A stretch of 64,000 bases of DNA from positions 86,676,001 through 86,740,000 of the forward strand of contig NC_043000.1 in the NCBI RefSeq assembly GCF_006345805.1, read 5' to 3'. How positions within the stretch are numbered: the stretch's first letter is position 1; every line of letters begins with the position of its first letter. The notes under the pieces are model-generated. The model was given only the letters and a program-made list of their open reading frames with translations. It had not been told where the DNA came from and ran no database searches. Positions 35,970-48,010 of the stretch are shown here, piece by piece. A program made the position numbers and the translations under genes. This DNA comes from Octopus sinensis (taxonomy: Eukaryota).

Positions 35970-37300
35970 TCTCTAGCGAAGCAGTTCCTTCCTTCACCAC
36001 AGTCCTTCATGTTGTTCTGTCCTCAGCCCTCTCTTCGCAGTTGCTGACATCCACCTCACACTTGGTCAAACTAGTTTTGCAAGTGTCCTTTTACCTCAGT
36101 TTTGGTATTCCTCTTGGTCTCTTGCCCTGGGCCAGTTCTCCAGAGAGTAGTTGCTTCAGGATTCGATGGCCATCCATTCTCCTGACATGCCCCAGCCACC
36201 TCAGTCTTCTCACACACAAGATCGCTGTCATGCTTTGAAGATTCACCTGTGCCAGCACTTCAACATTGATGACCTTGTTGTGCCTTGTTTGTCCTAAGAT
36301 CTTGCGTAGCCATCTGAGATGAAAAATGCCAAGGCACCTTTCCTATCTGCTGTACAAGGTGTTGCTGAGAACACATGCTTCATAAATCGTGATCTTTGTC
36401 TTGATTTCTTATCTCTTGTTCTTCCATACTCATTTTATCAGCCTCCCAAAAGTTGTTGCTACCTTCCCTATCCTGACATTAATCTCATCATCATGTGAAG
36501 TAGTGGAGGAAATGGTAGACCCTAGATAGCAGAACCTGTCCACTGTCTCAAGCTCTTTGTTATCATGCTTGATATGGCATTTCACTGCACCCTCCTGAGT
36601 GAGGATGACTGTCTTCTTTACACTGATGACCAAACCGAGGGCCTTGCATGCTGATAATAGGTGGTCCATCATTATTTGTAATATTAATTCACTGTGAGCA
36701 ACAAGTGCTGCATCATTAGCGAAGAGAAAGTCTTTTATCGTTGTTCTATTGATCTTAATCTTGGTCCGAAGTCTAGAAAGATCAAAGAGTGACCCATCAG
36801 TTCTGCAACAAAGGTAGACATCTCCTGGCAACTCTTGAAATGCATACTGCAGCAATACAGCAAAGTTAATGCTGAAAAGGATTGGTGCTAAGACACAAAC
36901 CTGTTTTACTCCACTGTTGAGGTTGAAGCTAACTGATATTAAACTGTCAAACTGAATGGTGGCCTTCATGTCATCATGGAACGAAACAATGGGAGACAGC
37001 CACATTTTCCATGCAGCATGTACAGTCATGATCTGCTGACTGTATTAAATGCCTTTGTCAGATCGACAAATGCTATGTATAGTGGTAATTGCTGCTCCTG
37101 GCATTTTTCTTGTAGTTGACGAATGGAGATCATATCCATTGTTGAGTGGTTAGATCTAAAACCACTCTGGCTCTCTAGTTGTACTCTTTCTGCTAGCTTC
37201 TGAAGTCGTATCAGAATGGTCCTCGCAAAAACTTTTCCAGTGATGCTCAGAAGTGAGATGCCTCCGTAGTTTTTGCAATCTACCTAGTCCCCTTTATTTT
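35970..37300 (-). mobile_element. RTE/BovB-like LINE RT fragment
   Basis: ORF 36430-37029: GVKQVCVLAPILF, FLFANDAALVA, FCYLGSTIS, EINVRIGK; downstream RLRWLGHVRRM...KRPRG. Confidence 0.9.
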
Positions 37301-37486
37301 CATAGAGAGTGATGATCTTGGGATCTCTCATATCCTGTGGAATTTTTACTTCCAACCAACATGCCTTTAGTAACTTGGATAAATGTGGAACAAGGCCATC
37401 TTTGTTTTCTTTCAACACTTCATTTCTGGGTGCTTTTCCGCTTGTGTATATTTATTTATATATATGTGTATATCTATATATATATA

Positions 37487-37541
<55 letters not shown>

Positions 37542-37878
37542 TGTGTATGTGTGTGTGTATATGTGGTGTGTGTGTGTGTGTGTATGTGTGTGTATATATG
37601 TGTATGTGTGCGTGTATATACGTGTATGTGTGTATGTATATATGTGTATGTGTGTGTGTATGTGTGTATGTATATATGTGTATGTGTGTGTATATATGTG
37701 TATGTGTCGGTGTATATATGTGTGTGTGTGTATATATGTGTGTGTGCGTATATATATGTGTGTGCATGTATATATATATGTATATAAATATGTATGTGTA
37801 TATATATGTATATATGTATGTATATATATATTTGTATGTATATGTATATATATATATATATGTATGTATATACATATC

Positions 37879-37910
<32 letters not shown>

Positions 37911-37957
37911 TGAAAGAATGGAGTTGAACAACGAATTAACAAAATTCCTTTATTTTA

Positions 37958-38040
37958 TTTTCGACATATGTTTCGAAGGCTGCATATTCCTAATTTCGAA
38001 GGAATAAGGGGTGCATTATGCCACCTTCTCATCAGGAAAA
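37958..38040 (-). ncRNA. Type I hammerhead ribozyme (Penelope-type, palindromic stem III)
   Basis: Minus strand TTTTC-CTGATGA-GAAGGTGGCAT...ATGCAGCCTTC-GAAAC-ATAT-GTC/GAAAA; full consensus core, GUC cleavage triplet. Confidence 0.8.
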
Positions 38041-38231
38041 AGTAAGGAACTTATGTCAGCATCAAGATGCACAAAAATTTTTAGATGCCTGCCCACATGG
38101 AGCCCATAGCGATAATGAGTGTTTCTTTAAAATATTCCGTTATAAGCAGTGACGTCAAAAATGGTTGAATGTAGAAGATTCTAGAAGGTTCAAGGGTTCA
38201 AACAAGGTTGTAGGAGAGAGACCTAAGAATA

Positions 38232-38406
38232 GGAAGGTAAAAGGGTGCAGGTCAAATGAATGGTGATTTTGTTGTTTTCTTTTGTGAATGAGTGTCTATG
38301 TGTGTGTATGTATATAACTGCATTAATGGCTATCTGTGTGTATATGTCATTCACAAAAGAAAACAACAAAATCACCATTCATTTGACCTGCACCCTTTTA
38401 CCTTCC
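38232..38406. repeat. Perfect 60-bp inverted repeat with 55-nt loop
   Basis: 38232-38291 is the exact reverse complement of 38347-38406. Confidence 0.95.
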
Positions 38407-38661
38407 ACTGCTAACTCGATGAATCCCGACTGCCAACTGCCCCTTCATCTCTCACAGCAGAAACAACCTGTTACTCACTTGCTCTGTCCTCGACTGACTA
38501 ACAAACTCACATCTCTTTGCTTTTAAGGGGTTTCCTCGAACTTTCCTTGACCAGCACAAGGCCAAAGGTCCCCTAAAAGCTCATTACTCCTTCGTGAATC
38601 TGACAGAACAATGGGTTTATTCCAAAAGTAGGTCGCAACCAACTGTCCCTAAATTGAACTC

Positions 38662-38706
<45 letters not shown>

Positions 38707-38858
38707 TATATATATGTATGTATATAGATTGAGAGAAAGACGGGATGGGCGCTTCATTTTTGTGCTGGTGCCGCATTATGTTGTACGTGACTGAGAGGAT
38801 TTGCATCCCCAACGTAGAGTTTTTGATGTAATAGATGTCCTTGAAGTAGTAATTGTGC

Positions 38859-38936
38859 GCGGCTGAAGAAGGCCATAGACACACATTATGCATTGTTATA
38901 AATCCGTCTAATAAAGGCCTGAAACATATGTACCGC
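38859..38936 (+). ncRNA. Type I hammerhead ribozyme (Penelope-type, palindromic stem III)
   Basis: GCGG-CTGAAGA-AGGCC...GGCCT-GAAAC-ATAT-GTA/CCGC; full consensus core, GUA triplet. Confidence 0.8.
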
Positions 38937-39180
38937 TGAATTCTTGGCATCATGTTTTTATTTTGATTAATTTACTCCACCACCTACACCACCAAATGGT
39001 ATATACAGGTGCTTACAATTATCAAGTACTGACCCTGAATTTTTATATATGTATGTATATAGATATATATATATGTATGTATATTTATATAGATATGTAT
39101 ATATATATGTACATATATATATATGCATGTATACTTATATAGATATGTATATATATATATGTACATATATATATATATAT

Positions 39181-39549
39181 GCTTCACTGGATGTGTAATG
39201 TCAATGTGCATACACAACAGAGTGTAAGCGCCTTGAGAGAAAAGTTGGATCTAAGAAGCATCGCATGTGCGAGAGAGATGACTGCGCTGGTTTGGTCATG
39301 TGTTGTGAATGAATGAGGACAGCTATGTGAAAAAGTGTAGCACCCTAGCAGTTGAAGGAACCTGTGAAAGAGGCAGACCCAGAAAAACCTAGGATGAGGT
39401 GGTAAAGCATGACCTTTGAACATTGGACCTTACTAATGCAATGACTAGTAACTGAGAACTTTGGAGACGTGCTGTGCTTGAGAAGACTCAATAAGCCAAG
39501 TGAGACCATAACCCATGGCCTATGCCAGTGGGTATAACCAGCCCATTTT
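39181..39549 (+). mobile_element. RTE LINE 3' fragment
   Basis: [28 protein letters not shown] motifs. Confidence 0.8.
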
Positions 39550-41116
39550 TAGTGGTGGGGGGGAAATAAATATCTGTACATATCAAAGTTCTTTATTTAT
39601 TTAATTTCTAATGAACATAAATGGGATATACCAATACTATATTTGCATACACATGCATAAACTAAGAATATGCAAAAGAAACTAATAAATTATAGTAACT
39701 ATATTCAATTATAAATATTTAGGGGTGAAAAAGTATTCGTACAGAACATAAATAACTGATAATTCTGATTTAATACTTCGTAGCATAACCATTATTCAGT
39801 TCCACTTCAACCAATCTTTACTTGTAGTTCTTAATCAATGACTCACATGTTTCTTTAGGAATTTTTCCCATTCTTCTTGACAAATTTTTTTCAAATCTGC
39901 AATGCACGTTGGAGCTCTTGAATGAATTTTAATTTTCAAATAACGCCACAAATTTTCAATGGGGTTCAAGTCAGGTAACTGGCTTGGCCATTCTAATAAT
40001 TTTATATTGTGATCAACAGTCCATTTCTCGGTAGACTCACCATGTGCTTAGGGTCATTATCCTGTTGTAAAACCCACACTTCACAAAGCTGGAGCTTTTC
40101 TACAGAGTCCCATAAATTATTGTTCAAAATATTTTGGTACATCCCTGCATTCATTCTACCATCCATCACATGTAAATTGCCAGTACCATTTGCAGAGAAA
40201 CACCATGATGTTGCCACCTCCAAACTTTACAGTAGGAATTGTGTTTTTCAGCGAATAGGCAGTACCATCTTTCCTCCAAACATGGCTATGTAAATTTTGT
40301 CCAAACAATTCAATTTTCAACTCATCTGTCTATAGAACATTTTTCCGGAATGTATCAGATTTATCTTTATGTTCATAAACAAATTTTAAATGGGCATCTC
40401 TATGCCTTTTAGTCAACAGCGGAGTTTTTGTAAGAGAGTGTGACTTCAGTTCATTCCTATGAAGTTCATTACTGTTTGTTCATAGTGTAACACTAGTCCC
40501 TGAAGCTAACAAATCTTCTTGCAATACCTTTCTGGTGATCATTGCATTTTTTTCGATTCTTCGCTTCATTTTTCATAAAGATCTAGGGGAAATCTTTCAT
40601 GGTGCACCGGATCTTATTCTGTTTTCAACAGTTCCCGATTTTTTATATCTTTGAATAAATGAAGATATGGTAGAAAATGGAATACAAAGAGTCTCTGATA
40701 TTTTCCTGTAACTTTTACCTGCTTTCCACTGTTCAATAGTTATGGTTTTCACTGAATTTGTGAGTTCTTTACTTTTCGCTATTATTACGATACTACTTTG
40801 TTGTCTTAGTGCTGAATTAAGAAGCTAATGTTTTGACACTTAAAAATTACAACTGATAAGATTATTGGAACAAACGAGAAAGTTCTAGTAAAAAAAAATT
40901 ATTTTAACAGTATTTTGTGGCATAGAAAATCATAAATTTATTCCGTACGAAAACTTTTTTTCACCCCTAAATATTTATAATTTATTAGTTTCTTTTGTAT
41001 ATTCCTAGTTTATGCATGTGTATGCAAATATAGTATTGGTATATCCCATTTATATTCATTAGAAATTAAATGAATAAAGAATTTTGACATGTACGAATAT
41101 TTATTTCCCTCCACTG
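39550..41116 (-). mobile_element. Tc1-family element with long IR/DR-type TIRs, decayed DDE transposase
   Basis: TIRs of about 180-195 bp starting CAGTGGAGGGAAATAAATAT, TA on the right; minus-strand GKSYRKIS, TDE, GGGNIM, QQDNDPKH, PDLNPIENLW with stops. Confidence 0.9.
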
Positions 41117-41118
41117 TA

Positions 41119-41575
41119 TGAATACCCCTCATTCACTGGACAATGAACCTTGCTTGTGAAGACCTATTGATGCAATTGAAATCAAAATCAAAATTGCTGA
41201 TGTGGCCGATGACAGTACCACCCAATTGGCACTCGTGCCAGTGGAATGTTAAAAGCACATCTGAACGTGATGAGTACCCTTCATTCATTGGACAATGCAC
41301 TTTGCTTGTGAAGACCTATTGTAGCAAATGTAAGCAAATTGAAATCACTGACATGGCCGATGACAGTACCGCCTCATTGGCACTCATACTAGTGGAACGT
41401 TAAAGGCATATCCAAGCGTGGTCATTGCCAGGGCCACGGATTGGCTCCCGTGCCAGTGACACATGAAAAGCACCATTCGAGTGTGATCGTTACCAGCACA
41501 CATGCCGGTGGCACATGTAAAACAACATTGAGCATGGTCTTTGCCAGTGTCGCTGGATTGGCTCCCATGAAGGTA
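41119..41575 (+). mobile_element. Retroposon 3'-region copy with a tandem duplication of about 150 bp
   Basis: 41119-41268 resembles 41269-41420; same family as 7945-8440 in the opposite orientation. Confidence 0.65.
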
Positions 41576-41582
41576 TATATGT

Positions 41583-41614
<32 letters not shown>

Positions 41615-41616
<2 letters not shown>

Positions 41617-41812
41617 GGAGGTGCAATGGGCCAGTGGTACGGCAGCGGACTCGTGATTGTAGGATTGCAGTTTCAATTCCCTGACCGAGCGTTGTGAGTG
41701 TTTATTGAGCGAAAACACCTAAAGCTCCACAAGGCTCCGGCAGGGGGTGGTGGCGATCCCTGCTGTACTCTTTCGCCACAACTTTCTCTCTCTCTTTCTT
41801 TTGTTGGCCTGC
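41615..41812 (+). mobile_element. tRNA-derived SINE (another family)
   Basis: TGGGCCAGTGG / GTTTCAATTCC head, (TC)n tail. Confidence 0.6.
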
Positions 41813-43949
41813 TCGCTTATGTATGTGGTACACACATACTAGGTACACATCTAAGCATTCATATATTTAACATTAAATATGTTACTGAATTGCTAGTTTT
41901 AATTATGTTACTTGAAGCCTCATATGACTATAATATATTCTTTGTTATACAACATAATCAAAAGTCAACTATATGTTTACCTAATGAAATCATTTTGAGA
42001 ATATAATCATTAGTATATTGGTTATCTATTAATTAGAAAATGATTATTAGGTTGATGACCTAAGTTTATTGTTAAGCATATACAATAATTTTCAAAGCCA
42101 GTTGATTTTGTTGCTACAGACTACCTCTGGTACTTTTTGTCTACAATTAAAGATGTTATTGCATCATGGAGCAGCTAGGTTGTGACTTCAGAAAGACACT
42201 TCCAACATTTTCAAGTATTATCAACATATTACAGCTATAGTTTATGCTTTCTGTTTGTGGCTATGAAACATCAGATTGTAGTTGTAATTCTTGGTAAACT
42301 TGTGTGATGTTAGAGAATTGGAAAAGTTTGTTCATAAATAATTTATTTCAATTAATTAGTTTTAAATTCAAATGATCTGTGCATGCAGTTGAAAATAGCT
42401 CAGATCTTTCACAAAGATAGTGAATGTAATTATATGTACACAAAAACGCTTGAGAACTTGATAAATAGCTATGGGCCTATAACCAGAGGTTAGTTTAAGT
42501 AAAATCATTAAAATTGATTCTATAGTTGTAATTAGAAGAGATGAGATGAAAAAAATGTAGTAGCTGAGATAATGGTGTTTCATTCAGTGGAACTCCCCTC
42601 AATTCAGGAATTCCAAAGGATTCTACATGTTAAATGCTGATATTCCTGCATGTCTTTGAGTTTTTATTGACTTACATAAATCTGTTTCTAAGATATTTAA
42701 TTTAATAATTTTTTTTTTTAAATGTATTGTTCAACAGTTGTAGCTTAACTGAGTATCTTTGTTGACACAATTCACTTGTCTCACTTGATAGCTTCGAGTT
42801 TCTATACTTATATTGGATGCATTAAGTGGATATCTTTAAAAGTGTTTCAGCAATGTTTTTACTGTGGTGAATCACTTTTAAAAAGAATAATTTCATAGAT
42901 TAATGTAATAAAAATATTTTGTTGGGTATAAAAGTTTGTCATTCCTTTACAAAGTGTTATTTTTAGGATCTACAATGATTAAAGAGTAATTTTTTTTTAT
43001 TTTAAGAATTATTGTATTGGCATAAAAGTTTGACTGTTAATATATTTCTTATTAACCATTTGACTGAATGTAAATTTAGAAATGAAATAAACATATCCTT
43101 TTATTTTAAATTAAAATACCAAAAACTAAAAAAACATTCTTGTTCTTAATAATCCAATTTCCTATTACCTAAATTGTTTTTTATTCTTTGAATAACATTG
43201 ATCATCTCAATAATGAATGAAATAAAAGCATTTTCCTGTTCTCTTGAAATGAACTGACTATACAAATTAAACTTGCTTGCTTTTCTAAACAAGAGTACGT
43301 TTTTTTTCTATATTTTTAAAGATTTTTTTAATGCATTTTCATACAGTTGACCAATTTTAGTAGAACTATTATTTCCATAATGACTTGTTACTAAGAATTG
43401 TTTTCAAATAAATTTAATATACTTATACATAATTAATCTATAAAAGTTTAATCCCTTCTTCCTAAAATTGTAGTGAGGGGTAGATTTTGTCTGTGATTAT
43501 TTCTGTTAATGCATGATAATTTTAGTTGTTATTTTTAAAGATTTAGATCTCAAATTATCAGTTGCCAGTTTCATTAAGGATTGATGATCATTTGGTTCTC
43601 AAAAATTTGATGACTATTTAAATATGTGTACAAATACCATAGAGTAGTGATTAGCTTTCAGTAAATTCAGATGAAATTTCATTTCTTGGTTAATTATTAT
43701 ACTTCATTTAAATTTTACTTCTGAGTTTGGTCCTAATTAGAAACTTGGAGTCAAAGTTACTTATTATTTAACTCATTTATAATCCCTGCAGAAAGACAAT
43801 GATTTCAATGTTGTAATAGCAACCCAAAAGATTACAGACTATCTCTCTTTTATTTGTATAAAATATTAGGGTTTTTTTTTTATATATATAAAACTGCAAG
43901 TTTACATTTGTATGAGACAGGTGGTCATTCAGAAAGTATACTAGCTAGA

Positions 43950-44460
43950 GTAAGAATGGGTTGAAAAAACTTAAGGAGATATTACCTCTGCTGGCAACAA
44001 ACATTTTCCTCAGGGTGAAGAGTAGAATGCGTGATGCTTGTGTTAGAACTGCAACACTGCATGGTAATGAGTCATGAGCCTTCAATGCAGAAGACCTGCA
44101 AATGCTAGGAAGAAATGAAGTAAGCATTGCTTCAACAGATGTGTTATGTTAGTGGGCACAACTAACAAAGAGTATAAATGAGGTAGAAGAGGAGTCAGCT
44201 ATACATGGGTATAAGAGGAATCAGCTATAATGCATAAGAGACTATACTGGCTTGAGAATGTGGTGCATATGGGAGATGACTGCTGCATAAGGAAGTACTA
44301 AGCTTTCCAAGTTAGCAGAACCTACAGAAGAGCAATGCCAAAGAAGATTTGGGATAAAGTAGTGAAGGTTGACCTGAAGATGCTGCATCTCACAAAGGAA
44401 ATGATGAGGATTATTCTGCTTGGTGATATGTGGTGCTGCAGAAAACCCAAGCACCCATGG
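43950..44460 (+). mobile_element. RTE LINE RT C-terminal fragment
   Basis: RVRMGLKKLKEILPLL, ACVRTATLHGNES motifs. Confidence 0.75.
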
Positions 44461-44479
44461 CAAGACACAAGAGTGGTGT

Positions 44480-44800
44480 TAGGATGAGAGATATTTTGTA
44501 CCCTCCCTGCTATAGCTACATTTGCTGCTCCTTATCTTGCATCCTTGACTCTCCTCTCAATTATTTATGCTCACACTACCCACTTGCCTGCCTCTTTATC
44601 ATTTCATGGCCCTCCACCTCCCCCATTAACTATGTTGACTGCATCATTCTCATCCACTCTGACTCCATTACCTTTGAATAGGCCTATGTATGAAAGATTG
44701 CTCTGGATCACCCTCCTATCCCTACCCTATACACATTTATGTGCTGCCATATCTTTCTCTAGATTTTCTGAAACAAGTATACTGATGCAGCACAAATGTA
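44480..44800 (+). mobile_element. Very decayed Penelope-like fragment
   Basis: STSPINYVDCIILIHSDSI (cf. S.NFLD..I) and AISFSRF (cf. IPFSQF). Confidence 0.35.
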
Positions 44801-47099
44801 GATGGTTGATTAGTTTGTAGTGTTTGATCAGTTTGCTGTGTCAGTGCTTTATAGATCATCAGGATAGACAAGACAAGGTTATTTTCAAGAATGTTGAGGA
44901 TTTCACTTGGTGCGCTCTTGTTGCACCCCAGATAAGGCTAACGTTAAGTATCTTGTAACAGAGCTAAGTCTCTGAGTACCTTTTTTATTATATTCTCAAT
45001 CACAGAGAAATTTAATGTCTGTATGTTGGGGATTTCATTATTTTATAAAACAGGCAGAGACATGTAAATATATTCAGTTTACACCAAGTATAAGGTGTTA
45101 AGTGGAACAGAATCTTCTGTTTTGGGTCAGTAGATTTTTTTTATTCTAGAGCTAATGTTATGGTTTTTCAGATGATACCAGCATAATGCTCACCATTTCT
45201 TGTTGGATGGTATAGACTGAGCAGGTAATTAGAATACCCCAATTACACAAGGAAGATGTTTGTTCAGAAGACAAGAAGGTGTTTCTTCAATTTGAGTGGA
45301 CATTTCTGGTAAAACCAAAAAATAGAAAATATCATGGGCAAGAAAGAAATAACAGTTAAGAAAGAAATGTTGCGACAAGGGAAAGAAAATAGAAGGCTAC
45401 CTTCATTGATGACAATTGATATGTACTGCTTGACATTGAAGTTAACAAACCCTTAAAATTAATGCTTATCTGGTCAAAGGAACTCAGATTTGAGCTGATG
45501 TGGTCTTAGATGATAACATAACATTCTAGAATCCAGTGACAGCATGTTTATAGTCCTCTGTCAAATCCAGAAGGGTCCATTCCTAGATAAAATCTATACA
45601 TTTTGTAATGCCAAAGTGGCAGAGGAATTTGTTGAGTAACAAGATGTTAGTCTGCAAAGCAGCTCCACAAAAGTCACATAGTGCATCTGTGATGAAATTA
45701 AGGTAACCTATGTAACAGGCTTGCATGAGTTCTAATCATTTATTTCATTTTAATATTTGTTTTATTGTGAACATATAAGCTATAGATTTCTGTTCAATCT
45801 CTAGAGTAAACCATTTGCCTAAAGTAGAATTTAGACTCTGAGAGAATTTAGCATTTAGAATAAGAGTTGCCCCATATATTCATCTATTTTATCCTCTACA
45901 GACCTCATATTAATTGTTTTTATGTCACTGATTGTTGTTAGAGTAGAAACTGAACTTTGAATAGAGGATTATTTGTTGAGAGAAGTGAGGAACCTGTTAG
46001 GAATATTAAGCAAACACGCTCATTGTATGAGATAAAGAAACATTTGTTACTGTTAATAAGCAATCCTGAAACGGAGTTAAAGGTGAGGGAGTTAGGGTGC
46101 AGTTACGACTAAAATACAGTTAATTTAGATTTTATCTAGTTAATTACAAACAAGTTTTTAAAACTTAGCTATTCTTTGTTTTGTTCATCTTTCTTTTTAC
46201 AATTCATAGAGATGTGGTCTATCAAGAGCTGTGTATACCTTATCATTGGAAGACACTATGACAAAGTGGTACATGTTATATATTCATGCTAGAAGATATT
46301 TTGTTAACTATATATAATTTCGGCAGCAGATAACTAAGTGGGTGAATTTAAGTAGTTTTAGTGAAGTTCACAACTAGCCTGCTTTTTTCTGTTATTGTTA
46401 ATGACATGTACTAGTATTCAATAAGGTGAGTCACTCAACTGAATAAGGTCTTTGAGAATGTTGTTCACTTTCGATTGAATGAATTTGGCATCTGATAATA
46501 TAAAATTCACAGGACTTAGTAATTATCAGCTTAAAGAACCAGGTGACAGATTAGGGATAACATTGGGTAGGGTTTTTTTTCCCTTAAGGTAGAATTTGGT
46601 GCCTTCCACCCAATTAGATTAAGGGTCAGCTCCAAGTCTGATTGTGTGAAGTCATTGAACACTTTCAGAGAAATCCCATGACTAAGTCAGTGGCAGTTTT
46701 TTAAGCAGAACATATGTGACAATAGAGACAAAAGTTTACAAGAGCATAGATGCAGTAGTAGGTACTCATAACAGTATCTTTTAGTAGTACATTCTGAGTT
46801 TAAATCCCACTGAGGTTATGTTTGCCTTTCATCCTTTTGGGGTTGATAAAATAAAGTACCAGTGATGTCAATGTAACTATCCCTTCTGCCTACAAAATTT
46901 CAAGCCTTATACCTATAACTGATTAGGCCCCTCCCATGGAATTTCAAGCCTTGTGCTTATAGTAGAAAGAATTATTATGTAACATTATTTACAGTAGCAA
47001 GCACTAATTGCAACATTTTGTGGTGATTCAACCATTTTTATTTTATTCTTATCATTCAACATTAGTTACCTAAACTTATTCCACTGTATATGTACAATG

Positions 47100-47472
47100 T
47101 TATTACCTCCACCTTAGCGAAGGCAGGGGTGTTGTTTTCAGTCGTGTTTGTCTGCTTGTTTGTCTATGGACAAGATATCTCAAGAACTGCAGGATGGATT
47201 CGGATGAAACTTTCAGAGATGTATGGCCTTGTGACTGGCATGAACTGATTAGATTTTGGAATTGATCCAGTACTGGACAAGGATTCTTGATTGTTTTTCC
47301 ACTTTTTTTTACTTAATTTTTGTGAGTGGTCAGGTTCATTTTTAGTATTCTTGTTTGTAAGAGCAGTCAAGTTTATTTCAGATATTCTCATTTAAAAAAT
47401 CATCTCTGGCTAATTGTTGAGAGGATGTTGGTGTTGCGTTGGCAGAGGTTTGCACTTTCTGAATGCTCTTGT
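47100..47472 (+). mobile_element. Helentron-associated non-autonomous element (HINE/DINE-1-like)
   Basis: 5' TTATTACCTCCACC + CCTT-agcg-AAGG hairpin, (GTTT/GTCT)n, 3' TGGCAGAGGT sub-TIR + GCACTTTCTGAATGC palindrome + TT. Confidence 0.65.
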
Positions 47473-47969
47473 TATTCTTAAATTGCAGAATTATCATTGT
47501 TACCAATATAAAATGTTCATTTTTGTGCTGGCTTTAGATTTCTGTACACAACACCATATTTTGAAACATGCTATCCCTATTTCATTTCATTTATGAAAGT
47601 TTATTTCCTATAGATGATTTTAAACATCTCACTGATCCTATGTTTGTCCATTGTACTGCTTAACATACGCTTGTAGTAGTGATACAGATCCTTATTACAT
47701 CACGAAGTTCTCAAATGTTCACTGCCATATATCATTGTCATTAAACTTTATATTCTAGACTTTGTATTATAATTGATTCCTTACCTATGCTAATTATGTC
47801 TTTTAAGTAATATAACTTAATCTGTTGTCTCCTGTAGGCCAGTAGTGTGATTCACTGTTTTCATTATATGGCTGCCCATGCTAATAGTTGCTTAGGGTGT
47901 ATTATATTGATTTTTAGTTGAAGTAAAACTCTATTATGGTTCATGTTTACATAAAACTAAACTTCTATC

Positions 47970-48010
<41 letters not shown>

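Larger units (their letters stand above)
31520..39180. repeat. Zone of very long compound (AT)n/(TG)n/(ATAG)n microsatellite arrays interleaved with short inserts
   Basis: Arrays at about 31520-31800, 32460-33120, 34100-34165, 34390-34800, 35130-35510, 37440-37900, 38665-38725 and 39040-39180; they explain the I/Y/C/V-rich ORFs. Confidence 0.95.

Noticed and set aside
31616-39217. Many long ORFs rich in I/Y/C/V/H/T (for example 32336-33115, 34386-34988, 37309-37905)
   Set aside because: They are translations of stop-free (AT)n/(TG)n microsatellites.
44820-44870. Minus-strand CTGATGATC...GATCAAAC
   Set aside because: It lacks G12 and has no NUH or stem I pairing; too degenerate to call.
45172-45224. 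Exon-like segment tttttcag|ATG...GCAG|gtaatt
   Set aside because: It has an in-frame TAG in phase 1 and no convertase similarity.
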